Shown here piece by piece: positions 1 to 12,464 of a DNA stretch of 64,000 nt (position 1 is the first letter of the stretch; every line of letters begins with the position of its first letter). The stretch spans positions 20,187,101 through 20,251,100 of the forward strand of contig NC_134025.1 in NCBI RefSeq assembly GCF_964204645.1, given 5' to 3'. Below the pieces are notes generated by a model. That model had not been told where the DNA came from, searched no databases, and saw nothing but the letters and a program-made list of their open reading frames with translations. Source of the stretch: Tubulanus polymorphus. Taxonomy: Eukaryota; Animalia; Nemertea. The translations under genes were made by a program, and so were the position numbers.

Positions 1-1430
1 ATTGATTGTAATAACAAAATATGGCTCGTTACACATTTGATATGGAAATACTAAGTTATTCTACTATTCAACGCCCCCTGGTGACCATATTGAAAACCCA
101 ATGACCTTAAAACTCATCACAATCGTAGAACATGTCATGAAATACAACTTTGCAATTAATCATGGTAACCAAATATGCCTAGGTACCAATCTAATAAAGA
201 AATACTAAGCTATTCTACTATTCAACACCCCCTGGTGACTATATGGAATAACAAATGTCCTTAAAAACTCACCACAATCATAGACGATGTCATGAACTAG
301 AACTTTGCAATTGATCATGGTAAAAAAATATGCCTAGGTACCAATCTAATAAGGAAATACTAAGCTATTCTACTATTCAATGCCCCTGGTGACTAAATGG
401 AATAACTAATGTCCTTAAAAACTCACCACAATCATAGACGATGTCATGAACTACAACTTTGCAATTGATCATGGTAGCAAAATATCCCTAGTTTCCAATC
501 TAATAAGGAAATATTAAGTTATTCTAATATTCAACGCCCCCTGGTGACCATATAGAATAACTAATGTCCTTAAAACTCAACAAAATCATGGAAGATGTCA
601 TGAGCTACAACTTTGCAATTGATTGTGGTAACAAAATATGCATAGGTTCAGATATAAAATAGAAATACTAAGTTATTGTATTATTCCACGCCCCCTGGTG
701 GCCACATACAAAAACCAATGACCTTGAAACTCACCAAAATCATAGAACACGTTATGAGCTACAACTTTCCAACTGAATATAGTAACACAATATGCTTAGG
801 TATCAATTTTATGTGGAAAAACATTTTCCCACCTACGAATGAGTACTGATGACACCAAGATGGCCGCCAATTGCGTCATAATTGGCTGATCAAAAATACC
901 GCCTCAGGTATAATACATCCCTTTCCAAAGAATACCCATCACAAATTGCAATGAGAAATGGCAAACCAGTAGGAAGCAACAGGACCTAGAATTCTGGCCA
1001 AAATTGACATTTTTGGGCACTAAAAAGGTCATAGGACGGCCATCTTGAGTCAGATCGACCCAATTTTTCTTATGCTGATGGGCCCTTGGTAGATTCAAAT
1101 ATAAGCGAAAGATCAAGGTAATTTATCAAAGCGTCTTCAAAATTTCCCTCAAAAACTTCAAAAATGTGTAAAAAGTGCTGATTTTGGCGAACAACAATGG
1201 CTGCCAGTCGGCCATCTTGAATCTGACAGGGCCAGTTTTTGGGCTGAAGATGTGTCTAAGGTAGATACATGTGTAATCCAAATATCAAGCCATTACCTTG
1301 AAGCGTCTTCTAAACTTCCCAAAATAACTGGATTCCGTCTATGGACGGACGGACGCTACGACGAACGGACGGACGACGGACGAAAGTGAATGCAATAGCC
1401 CGCTGGGACTAAAGTCCCAAGTGGGCTAAA
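1..1430 (-). mobile_element. Helentron-associated non-autonomous element (HINE/DINE-1-like), runs off window start
   Basis: Reverse-complement copy of 1521-2547: subterminal IR TCCCAAGTGGGC near 1415-1426, (GACG/GGAC)n microsatellite, internal ~120-bp tandem repeats (core caacgccccctggtgacca) over 1-800. Confidence 0.75.
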
Positions 1431-1523
1431 AACTCGAAATCTCGGTTTTATCCTAAAAACCATTCTCAAGAGTGGTTTTTCTTGAGAATGGTTTTTAGGA
1501 TAAAACTGAAAATTCGAGTTTTT
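1428..1523. repeat. ~95-bp imperfect palindrome separating two head-to-head HINEs
   Basis: aaaaactcgaaatctcggttttatcctaaaaaccattctcaaga mirrored by tcttgagaatggtttttaggataaaactgaaaattcgagttttt. Confidence 0.85.
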
Positions 1524-2547
1524 AGCCCACTTGGGACTTTAGTCCCAGCGGGCTATTGCGTTCACTTTTCGTCCGTCATCCGTCCGTCCGTCCGTAGTCC
1601 GGAATCCAGTTATTTTGGGAAGTTTTGAAGACGCTTCAAGGTTATGTCTTGATATTTGGGTTACACATGTATCTACCCTAGACACATCTTCAGCCCAAAA
1701 ACTGGCCCTGTCAGATTCAAGATGGCAGCCATTGTTGTTCGCCAAAATCAGCATTTTTTACACATTTTTGAACTTTTTGAGGTAAATTTTGAAGACGCTT
1801 TGATCAATTACCTTGATCTTTCGGATATATGTGAATTCCCCGAGGGCCCATCAGCATAACAAAAATTGGGTCGATCGGATTCAAGATGGCCGTCCTATGA
1901 CCTTTTTAGTGCCCAAAAACGTTAATTTTGGCCCAAATTCTGAGTCCTGTAGCTTCCTACTGGTTTATCATTTCTCATTGCAATTTGTGATGGGTATTCT
2001 TTGGAAAGGGATGTTTTATACCCGAGACAGTTATTTTTCATCAGCCAATTATGACGCAATTGGCGGCTATCTTGGTGTCAGCAGTACTCATTCGTAAGTG
2101 GGAAAAAGTTTTTCCACATTATATTGATACCTTAGTTATTCTATATGGTCACCAGGGGGCGTTGAATAGTAGAATAACTTAGTATTTCCTTATTATATTG
2201 GTGCCTAGGCATATTTTGTTACCATGATCAATTACAAAGTTATAGTTCATGACATGTTCTATGATTATGGTGAGTTTCAAGGTCATTGGGTTTTGAATAT
2301 GGTCACCAGGGGGCGTTGAATAGTAGAATAACTTAGTATTTCCATATTAAATTGGTAACGAGGCATATTTTGTTATCACAATCGATTACAAAATCGTAGC
2401 TGCTGACATGTTCTATGATTGTGGTGAGTTTCAAGGTCATTGGATTCTGTATATGGTCACCAGGGGGCGTTGAATATTGAAATTGTTAGATTGTTGAGCA
2501 TTTGGAACCACTTCCCAAGTGGGCATGGTGTCCCTGGACCCCTAGTT
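1521..2547 (+). mobile_element. Helentron-associated non-autonomous element (HINE)
   Basis: T-run, 5' subTIR GCCCACTTGGGA with a hairpin, (GTCC)n, central ~120-bp repeats, 3' subTIR TCCCAAGTGGGC, short hairpin, then CTAGTT; further copies at 22281, 36331 and fragments at 41440-41750 and 42310-42450. Confidence 0.75.
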
Positions 2548-2653
2548 AATGAATTCTTAATAGTTTTGATGTTTTAAAATCTCTTTCGAACTTGTGATTG
2601 TGGAACTCATATTTCATCCGGGATTCATAAATTATAGTGGAAACATGTGTTAC

Positions 2654-2804
2654 CTGTGATGACTGCAAGCTCTTGGCCCTATATTGCAAATGGTAAAAAT
2701 TGCAAATGCCAGGGCAGGTAAGTTCCAACATGCTATTGCGTACCCACACCATTCAATTATTTCTCCAAAAAAGTTTGCTCCAGATACATACTCAAACATT
2801 CCTC
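2654..2804 (-). CDS. SRD5A1: Steroid 5-alpha-reductase, coding exon 4 (151 bp)
   Basis: GGMFEYVSGANFFGEIIEWCGYAIACW...IGPRACSHHR; AG/GT boundaries, phases consistent; final exon not found in window. Confidence 0.9.
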
Positions 2805-3168
2805 CTGCAAGAATGAAAGTCTCTTTTTTTTCAAGTTTTACCATCGGTTTAATCTACAGTATACCCCACTGATAATCCAGATCGGTACCAATGAATCTCT
2901 CCAATTTTCGAGATGAAACTCTCAATTTTTCTCATATTGGTGAACCATAAATAAGATCAAGACAAGATTTGGATTAAGCAGGTTATATTATTGTATGTGT
3001 ACAGTATAACTTGCTTAATTCGGATCGGTTTTATTCGGATTTTCCACTTATTTCGGACTAATATTCCTGTCCCCTCTGGGTTATTTCTATTTCTGACGAG
3101 AGCACATAATTCGAACAAAATTTTCCAGTCCGAGGTGATCCGAATAATAAGCGAGTTCTACTGTTTAC

Positions 3169-3270
3169 CTTTAGGTATTCTATAAGCAGTGTCACCAGGT
3201 TTTCGAAGATTTCGTAGGATGTGATCGGAATGGATATTTATTGCCATTCCGATGAAAAAAAGACACGCAC
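3169..3270 (-). CDS. SRD5A1: Steroid 5-alpha-reductase, coding exon 3 (102 bp)
   Basis: Translated by hand (not in ORF track): ACLFFIGMAINIHSDHILRNLRKPGDTAYRIPK; tttttag acceptor, gtaaac donor. Confidence 0.9.
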
Positions 3271-3445
3271 CTAAAAAATCAAGTAAATCATTCATGTACT
3301 GATCTTCATTTAAGCCAGCAAACATTATACACGGTATCCCATAAGTAGTGGCATGGTGACAAGTTACATGCAGTAATGTTATATCATTTTATGAAAAATG
3401 TGACATTCAATTGATAACTATTGAGCAATAACTGTTGTAACATAC

Positions 3446-3612
3446 CAACAATAAATTTTGGCTGCAATACATATCCATCTGAATAATCAGCAAATTTTGT
3501 TAGGTTTCTTCCCTGAATATAGCCATTTCCAAGGCAAAATACAAGCGCCAGTAAAAAAGGTATCAACGGTGTTGGTTTGCCACCTTTTATTAACAAAGGG
3601 TATATGAATGTC
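3446..3612 (-). CDS. SRD5A1: Steroid 5-alpha-reductase, coding exon 2 (167 bp)
   Basis: RTFIYPLLIKGGKPTP...NGYIQGR; ttcag acceptor, gtatg donor. Confidence 0.9.
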
Positions 3613-3858
3613 CTGAAATTGAAGAAATATTGATTTTTTTTTTCATTGAATTTCATTGAAAATTAATCACAGAAGGGCCTAGTAAAATTGATTTGTCACA
3701 TGATAAACTACAAACAGTTCCAACTGCCATTATTATATAGTGACTAACCACCAAATGCATCCCTGATCATGAATGAATGAAGGGCTATGATATATGAAAA
3801 AATAAATTATATCCTATTTTATCCCCTTCATTCATTCATGATCAGGGGCACATTGAGT

Positions 3859-4702
3859 CAGGGGCGGATCCAGACCGTATTAGCCGTATTGCCCAATACG
3901 GTCTAGAATTTTTAAGTGCCCTTCGAAATTTCACCGGCAATATTTTTGACGGCATTATTTCAGCAACCGCTAATTCCGTGTCCGTAATCCGGGCATAATT
4001 ATAAAATTAATCGGTATATACTGCTGCCAAGAAAGTGAGGAGAGATAATCATATTTGTAAAGCCTTTAATCATGATAAATTAAAAAGGGCACTTTCCTTT
4101 TGCAAGGGGCACTCATGCTTTAGATGAGGGCACCTTGTCCTTCCTTGCCTTTTCAGGGAGGGCTAAAGGGGCACTCGTACTCTAGAATAGGGCACTATAC
4201 GCGGAAAATGTTGAAGAAAAGGGCACTTTTTTGCCTAATTTTTAAAATTTTAGGGGCAATTTTGGTTTGGAAGATGGCACACGACATAAGGATAAATGTG
4301 AAGACGAGGCAATTTTTGCCGATTGTTAACAATGAAGGGGCACTTAGCCGTATTCTGTATAATTGTTAAGGGGCACTTTTAAAGATTATAGGGGCACTAG
4401 GCAAAGTTGGCGACAACCATTCTTTCATGGGTTCGCCAGCTTCATTTTGTATCCGCATGTGTTGAAATCTCGTCTCGAATTCGTTTATTCTGGATTGCTC
4501 TGCTAGCCTCTAGAAGCCCTCTAAAAGCCTTTAAATGGTACCATATTTTCAAATTTTTTGGGGGGGCCCCCAAACCCCCCTCTAAGGACTTCGCGCCTTC
4601 GGCGCTCGCATTGACCTGGATACTGGGTGTGCCCTAAGATCAGAAAGGTGCCCTTAAATTTCCTTCCAATACTGTCTACCCATCCCCCTGGATCCGCCCC
4701 TG
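3859..4702. mobile_element. hAT-like MITE with 5-bp TSD
   Basis: 15-bp TIR CAGGGGCGGATCCAG...CTGGATCCGCCCCTG, TGAGT duplicated on both sides, internal aagggcac subrepeats. Confidence 0.75.
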
Positions 4703-4938
4703 TGAGTGGTTACTCGCTAGGGTCCGACCAAGACATAAAGAGTTTAAACTAATCAGTAACCTGTCTTTGGTTTAGTTTTACAATTGGATATTTTCCCAAA
4801 GCTTATTGAATGTCATTTGTGATATTGAATTCTGTTTTTATTGATTGTCATTTTTCAATGTTTTGTTTTTGTCAATTTATTGTTTTATATGGCGCAACGA
4901 ATTTAAGTTCAAGTTACCACCAACAACTAAATTAGAAC

Positions 4939-5242
4939 CAAGGGCGGATTTAGGGGGGTGGACCGGGTGGACTGATCCACCTCAAAAATTCGAAGGTGCC
5001 TGCCAAAGTCTGGAAAAAGTTTTTTGCAAAGAAAATTTCAAACTGACTAAAAATAAATCCAAATGGGTCCTGATAATTAGCCCGTTTGTCCTAAATGTTC
5101 TGTGGGAGGGCCACTCGAACCACTACCCATGTTTCGCTTGCAGCCCTCACATTGCCAAATCTGCCCTTTGAAATTAAGTGTCCCATTCGATCCAATTTCA
5201 AGAAGGTCCACCACTTCAAAGAATCAGCTAGATCCACTCTTG
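4939..5242. mobile_element. Degraded MITE related to 3859-4702
   Basis: CAAGGGCGGATTTA...TAGATCCACTCTTG, flanks agaac/aaaac. Confidence 0.5.
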
Positions 5243-5441
5243 AAAACCTGTAAATTTGACTCATATCTAGGAATTTGCATTTTTGGGATGTATTTTTTAA
5301 AATATCTTATCACCAAGGGTGGAACTGGATGTTTTATTTGACAACTGGTCTTGGTCAGACCCTGCAACCCACGGCCACGCCTTCCTTCCAATCCAATTTT
5401 CCTACATCCACCCCTAACAATTCAAATAATTAGCGCATTAC

Positions 5442-5776
5442 CTTTGTACATAATGGGTTAAGAATATGCCAAGAAGACAGCGATTTGCTATATTCGGTTT
5501 ACTTCCGAGATATATGCAGAATACTGGTGCGACAAATGATGGCAATTCCTGGACGAGCCAGGCAAATTTTGCGGGAATGAAAACACCCCATTTTGCACTA
5601 CTATATCTTCCGTATGGAGCGTTGACATACTGCAAGGTTACCAGGGTAAGTAGACCGGTTACAATCATGCAATATGAAATGGAGTGAATAAATTCTAATT
5701 CCTGCTCGGGTCGATATGGACTTTTTAATAGGGAAAATGGGTACAGATTTGATATAGCATCCATGGCGGTCGCCAT
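5442..5776 (-). CDS. SRD5A1: Steroid 5-alpha-reductase, coding exon 1
   Basis: Start in CAAGATGGCG (YY1-type) context; APYGRY..WG..PAKFAWLVQELPSF...HYVQR; gtaatg donor. SRD5A1 versus SRD5A2 orthology cannot be resolved in an invertebrate. Confidence 0.88.
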
Positions 5777-6412
5777 CTTGGATTGAACGCGAGTGAAACG
5801 CGCGATAGTATGGAAGCCCTGAGACGACATTACCAGTTGCGAGTTAAAAATGCCACTTGCTAGTTGACCATTTTCTAAACCGTCCGCTAGCCCCACCTCA
5901 ATTTATTTTTTAGAATTATTTACCACAATCAAACCGTAACTATTCCATAATAATGATCAAAGATAATTAATGATATCAATAACGCGTATTATTATTATCA
6001 CATTGTCAGGCAAAAAACGTGACATCTTAGCCAGTAAGGAATTTTTTTCTGATAATAGACACCGGACGCCGAAAAAGGGTCTTTAAAACCATCTTTAATA
6101 ATGTGCTAATTGAAAATTTTTAACATATCAAAGTTTCTAAATGTGTCTAGATTCGGAATGGTTTTGCGAAGTTCGGTATAAGGGTACAATCCCGAGAAAT
6201 GTAATTCATCCCCAAAAACATTGCAGATTGGCACATTCTTTCATTCCTAGGTAGATGGAGATAAGAAAATCTATGTAGGTACAGGCAATAGGTGAGACCC
6301 AATTCTAAACCAGTGAAAAAAAACTAAACACAAAATTATCATCTAGTTGATTAATATGATTCTCAAATTTAATATCTTATAATATATAAGTTTTTGTATT
6401 CCCTGAAATTAA

Positions 6413-6750
6413 TACGGAAGCGATAAGGGGCCTCGAGATGTCGCGTTCCAACTCGACAAGTCGTCATATTTATGTCGATATATCGCGTCAAGTCGACATG
6501 AATATGTCGACATATCGTGACGTTTTGACGACATATTTCGTTTTCACGACCATTTTCCTCGCGACAAGTCGACGCATGACGACTTGAAACTCAGTCGTCA
6601 TATCACTGGCGTCCTCATCATACATTTAGACATGTCTTCAAATGACAGCTTGCCCCGTGGAAAATGGGCGAAAAAGCGAAATTTGTTGTGAAAACGTCAC
6701 GATATGTCGACATATTCATGTCGACTTGACGCGATATATCGCGATATGTC
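6413..6750. mobile_element. Truncated IS3EU-type MITE
   Basis: Begins with family terminus TACGGAAGCGATAAGGGGCCTCGAG; right end missing. Confidence 0.75.
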
Positions 6751-6900
6751 AGTAATTGGGAAATAGTTGTTCTAGATCAAAGGTTGAGAGGTCGAGCTCA
6801 TAAAAAATGAAAATAAATTCTCGCACGTTCGAATTTATTTTCATTTTCTACTCACTCGCCCTCTCAACCTTTAATCTAGAACAACTATTCCCCAATTACT
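6751..6900. repeat. ~150-bp hairpin (foldback MITE-like)
   Basis: agtaattgggaaatagttgttctagatcaaaggttgagagg mirrored by ccctctcaacctttaatctagaacaactattccccaattact. Confidence 0.75.
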
Positions 6901-7388
6901 CTTAAAATATTCATGTTTTAAAAGTGAGAGTAAAATGTTAGCATAATAATCTAGAAAATAAGATCAAATATAGATTTCGAATGATAAAATATAAATTTTA
7001 GCATAAAAAGTGTGAGTGAAATAATTCATATTTAAAACATTGAATATTTATATTTGAATGAGTTTCAATAAAAATTTTGTTATAAAAATGAAGAAAGAAG
7101 AAGGAGGAGGGTTAATATTGGCCGCGCTTTTCTTTTACTATGAAAATATTAGTAAAGATTTGATGAATGAAAATATAAAATTGAGTAAAAAGTTAAAGAA
7201 ATTAAATGGAAACAACCACAGAAAAGATAACAAGATTCTTGCCAATAAAGTAAGAACGTAAGAATATATCTAAGTAAGACAGGTACGAGAGGTACGAGTA
7301 AGAATCCAAGAATTCTTACTTTCTTACTTTCTTGGCAAGAATCTTATTTTTTTTGAAACATACAGCTTAATCTTTTTTCAATATATAT

Positions 7389-7667
7389 TTATTTCTTTTC
7401 ATATTCGATATGTTTAACTGTTTGATAATGTTTTGATTTATGTGATCTTAAATGTTTACCTCCACAATCACAATACACTTTTTCATTAGGATTGAATTTT
7501 CTAAATTCATCATCTAAATTACATTGAACTGCAACATCTTTATATGAATTGTCATTATCTAATTCACATTGAATTGCAATATTTGATGAATTTTCATTAT
7601 AGATAATTTGTTTATTATCAAAATTGAAATAATATAATTGTCGTTTTTCAATTCTTAAGTTAATCAA
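7389..7667 (-). other. Short AT-rich ORF with C-terminal CxC...H..T.KH zinc-finger-like motif (possible Polinton/virus-like relic)
   Basis: YCDCGGKHLRSHKSKHYQTVKH and an internal AIQCELD/AVQCNLD repeat; intronless, very AT-rich block 6900-7700. Confidence 0.3.
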
Positions 7668-7704
7668 ATCATTATAATCTTTTGAAAGTATTATATCACT
7701 TTTT

Positions 7705-8120
7705 TACGGAAGCGATAAAGGGCCTCGAGATGTCGCGTTCCAACTCGACAAGTCGCCATATTTATGTCGACATATCGCGATATATCGCGTCAAGTCGACA
7801 CGAATATGTCGATATATCGTGACGTTTTGACGACATATTTCGTTTTCTCGACCACTTTCCTCGCGACAAGTCGACATATTCATGACGACTTGAAACTCAG
7901 TCGTCATATCACTGGCGTCCTCGTCTTACATTTAGACGTGTCTTCAAATGACGGCTTTTCCCGTGGAAAATGGGCAAAAAAGCGAAATTTGTCGTGAAAA
8001 CGTCACGATATGACAACATATTCATGTCGACTTGACGCGATATATCGCGATATATCGACATAAATATGGCGACTTGTCGAGTTGGAACGCGACATCTCGA
8101 GGCCCCTTATCGCTTCCGTA
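7705..8120. mobile_element. IS3EU-type MITE (416 bp)
   Basis: TACGGAAGCG...CGCTTCCGTA long TIRs; 6-bp TSD CTTTTT. Confidence 0.85.
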
Positions 8121-8444
8121 CTTTTTCTTCCTTTGAAAGGAATTTTAAGAACCTTTTAATTTAAACCTTGATTTTTAGAAAACCCACTGTCTATTTTGTA
8201 AAATTATCATGAAAAGTTACGAAATATTCTCATAACCTACACGTATTAGCGGAGGGTAAGAACGTTGTCTGAATACCAGACGTTGTTACGGTCCCCTACA
8301 ACCGTTTGGGGAACAATGGCTATCATCCTATGTATATTTACGGAAGAGCAATGCGGCCAACAACATTTTATTTTCCGTTTAAAAAGTCGTCTTTAAAGTT
8401 CCTTAGTTTGTGGCTGGTTTTCTGGTTGTATGTTACCCCTAGCG

Positions 8445-8860
8445 TACGGAAGCGATAAGGGGCCTCGAGATGTCGCGTTCCAACTCGACAAGTCGTCATA
8501 TTTATGTCGACATACCGCGATATATCGCGTCACGTCGACATGAATATGTCGATATATCGTGACGTTTTCACGACAAATTTCGCTTTTTCGCCCATTTTCA
8601 ACGGGACAAACCGTCATTTGAAGACATGTCTAAATGTAAGATGAGGACACCAGTAATATGACGACTGAGTTTCAAGTCGTCGTGAATATGTCGACTTGTC
8701 GCGAGGAAAGTGGTCGAGAAAGCGAAATTTGTCGTGAAAACGTCACGATATGACGACATATTCATGTCGACTTGACGCGATATATCGCGATATGTCGACA
8801 TAAATATGGCGACTTGACGAGTTGGAACGCGACATCTCGAGGCCCCTTATCGCTTCCGTA
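8445..8860. mobile_element. IS3EU-type MITE (416 bp), opposite orientation to 7705
   Basis: Same TIRs; 6-bp TSD CTAGCG. Confidence 0.85.
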
Positions 8861-9544
8861 CTAGCGTGTACTTATAACTTACATAATTAGATTTAATATT
8901 TCCATTGTCAATCTACAATCAGTTTGCTGTTATCAAGTTCAATGCAATTTCAACCTTAACCCAAATATACCCTGATATAAGTCACATACCGTATTTCCTT
9001 ATCATATATAAATCTACAATTTCATAACGAACGGTTCACAATATTTCATATCTACGGAAGCGATAAGGGGCCTCGAGATGTCGCGTTCCAACTCGACAAG
9101 TCGTCATATTTATGTCGATATATCGCGATATATCGCGTCAAGTCGACATGAGTATGTCGATATATCTTGACGATTTGACGACATATTCCGTTTTCTCGAC
9201 CATTTTCCTCGCGACAAGTCGATATATTTATGACGACTTGAAACTCAGTCGTCTTATTTCTGGTGTCTTCGTCTTCTATATAGGCGCGTCGTCAAATTTA
9301 TGGCGACTTGTCGTGACCTTATTGCGACTTGTCGACAAAAAATGTCGTCATGTCACGAAGTTTATTCGACAAATCAACTTTCCAATGTCGACTGTGAAGC
9401 CGTGTCACCGAAATCATGTCGTCAGATCGCGATAGCCTTCTGGATAACTCGACAAAATTTTGTCGACTAGCGAGGATACACCGACAAGTCGATGCAGATT
9501 CGTCGACTTGTTTTGACGTCGCGAAAAGTGATATTGTTTCTAAC

Positions 9545-9822
9545 ATTGATGGACGTTAAAATTTAAGCAAAGCCTTTTTTGCATGATCTAGAAGCCGTTA
9601 AAAAGCATTATTAAATTTACGAGGCAGAAAATAATATACCCAAGTAGCAATAGTTACGGACAATTTCAATCACCAAACCATCATAGTTAAAAGTGTGATT
9701 ATTAAGGAGATTTCCTCCTTTATTAAAAATTACAATCTTAGTTTTATTCAAGTTCACTGTAAAGCCCCATTTTCTACAGTAGGTGTCAAGATTGCCTAGA
9801 GCCTTCTGAAGACGCTGACTTA
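9545..9822 (-). pseudogene. LINE reverse transcriptase C-terminal fragment nested in IS3EU element
   Basis: LQKALGNLDTYCRKWGFTVNLNKTKIVIF...YCYLGILFSAS. Confidence 0.75.
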
Positions 9823-11368
9823 GAGATAAGGACGAGTTATTAAAAGCCAAAGGTTGCATGTAGAAATAGGTTAAAGAGGAGAGGGATGAGGACACAGCCC
9901 TGTTTAACTCTAATTTTGGATTAAATAAGCCTTATACAGCAAAATATCAAAAAGGGTTATTTTCAGCGGACAGCTTAAATATGTAAAACTACTTAAAATT
10001 TGAAATCCAGAAATCAGTCAGGTGTTATGCTGCGGCGATTGTTCTGAAAAATAATTTGATCGCAACTGGACCTTTGGGATGCGATGTGCTAAAAACAACT
10101 GGAAGTTATTCCTATTGTTTTCAACTTGTTCTGCCTTGTGTTTTCCTTCTCCATAGCAGGGGTAGTCTAGAGTACATAAGATCGATCTACGAGCAAGAAC
10201 ATCTTAATTGCTCGTAGATCGATCTTATGTACTCTGATAAGATGAACGTCTGGTTAAATTTTTTTAGTATGCAGGCGCGGATCCAATGGGGCTTCAGCCG
10301 ACCCGGACTCTATTTTTGATCAGGCTTACTTTCTCGCATGTGGGAAGCATATGGGAATGTTACTAAAATGACTGTGAGCATCATTTAACCTTGGATGATT
10401 ACTCCAAGATTTAACACAGCAGTTACAGTGTAACAGTGTACTTTATAGTAGTGACAAATTCCCTCTTAATTAAGTACCGGTAATACCTGCAACCTGGACC
10501 CGGTTCCACAGTTGTGAGTTAGAGTTAACTCTGAGTTAAAATTAGTTCATTCTCAATGTGTTAACTCAGGGTCAAATCTTAACTCCGAACTGTGGAACTG
10601 CAGCCTGGTTTTTATGATACTGCCACCAAACGTATATCATCTGAAAGCCACACGTCCTTTTCTGTTGAAAACCGTTTTAACTTTTGTTCTATCTTGATTA
10701 GTTTACAAGATATCGGCTGATAAACCTTAGCCTGTAACGGATGTCATTATGCCTCTGATACAAAAATGTATGAGAGTTGAAAAGTTTATAAACAGTTTGC
10801 AATTTTCAGAATCATTTTAAGTGTGGTATCCATCGTAAACCGAAAACTTCGGGAACATTAATCAATATTAAATTAGTAATTGATTAATGAATAATTAATC
10901 AATTTTCTCTATTCCAACATTTATCAGGATTGGGACCATCAATTATACTTTGTTCTTTTTGAATGTCCTTGATTTCTTTTTTTGATTCAGTTTTTATGTC
11001 CACCCGGATGTTATGAAATGGGGTATAGCTTTACGACCAGTCAGTCCACAGTACAAACCTCAAACCTCCATTCAGACTAATTTTCATCGTCATCTCAAAA
11101 GGCAAGGTCGAATCTTCATTAAGGTGGTGGGACCAGGTTTAGAATTTCAACTTTTCCAGTGGGTAAAAAGCTGCCCGTCGTGTAACAAAGGACAGTTTTT
11201 AGCTCGGTATACTATTTGATAATCGTCCTTGAATCCTCAAAATTGTTGTCTCGGAATTTCTAATAATTCATAGAATTGAAAAATTTATCGATTATCTTCA
11301 TCACATTTTATTGAATTACTAATTAAAGTATATGTTTTATATTTGACATGTGAACACATATTACAATT

Positions 11369-12464
11369 TCATCTCATAAAGTTACGATCTTGAATCGTTT
11401 CGATCACTGCAATAACTGCTCGGAAAAGTTGCAGTGCATCATCGGGTGACGTAGGAAGAGGAAGTTGATTATTCTGTGCTCGACAAGCACGGCGAATGAA
11501 GTCTAAGAATTCAGTGCTACACCCTCTTTCAGGATATTCGTCAACGTATTCTCCAAATATGTCATCTAGGTCATCAACACGACACGATAAAGGGAAAGAG
11601 TGATCGACGGCCCCAAATAACTCACACGATTCGTATGCAATATTGGGAATGAAACCCCCTTCCCCATTTCGTTGCTGCCTTATTCGGTGTGAATTCCACA
11701 TGGTCCTGTACGTGTCTAGGTGTCGTTGAATTACAGACAGGAAACAGAATCGGAGACATTGTACATGTATGGCATCGGCGTCATGAAATATGCCCGTGTC
11801 CCTCATGTCCAGGAAGATATTTCGCCAGAAGTCAGTGAAGTTTAATCTAAGTCGTGACCAGAAACTTTCAATTTGTTGGTTAGCAGTCGATCTACCATAC
11901 ATAAACCACATCATCCCACGCATAAGGTCGCCATGAGAGAATCTTAGTACAATTTGCATGTCCCTCAAAATAGCATTTTCTGTCCCTCGGTCACATCTTA
12001 GCAGTCTCGGTACTCGCCCTATTTCTTTCAAGAAATCCAGGTAAAATTGCGCTATGTATCGGTGGTTATTGTTAGACGGTCCACATTTGAGCCAAAGAAG
12101 CTTTCGAGAATAACCATCTATTGCAGCGTCGGTGTCGACGGAGAGAAACACCTTCGTGATCAATTGCTTCAAGGAATTGTCGGACGGTATCTTGGGAGAC
12201 TCGGACACCATGCACCACATTGAGGAGCCTCCAAATGCTCCTGTAACCGTAATTTTCATAACCAGATTGATGTAGTTCCAAAATAAGTCTGATTAACTGA
12301 ATATGATCTTCTTCCCGCCGAATCCTCAATCCTAGTCTCCTCTTAATGCGTTTTATTGTCCGTTCACTAATGAGTATACCGTGATTGTTTACCAAAGAGG
12401 CTCGAATTTCTGTCACGGTGTACATTCTTTCAAAATAATGACGGACTAAGACATCTATATCCAT
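11369..12464 (-). pseudogene. DDE integrase-core transposase with N-terminal HTH, internally deleted/frameshifted
   Basis: N-part ISERTIKR..GYRSIW..VSQDTVRQFLEAIDHEGVSLRRHRR joins out of frame near 12125 to AIDGYSRKLLWL..RCDRGTEN..STANQQIESFW..WNSHRIR. Confidence 0.8.

Noticed and set aside
5777-5896. N-terminal extension of SRD5A in the ORF track
   Set aside because: Starts at GTG; ATG at 5776 has strong context and gives the expected protein length
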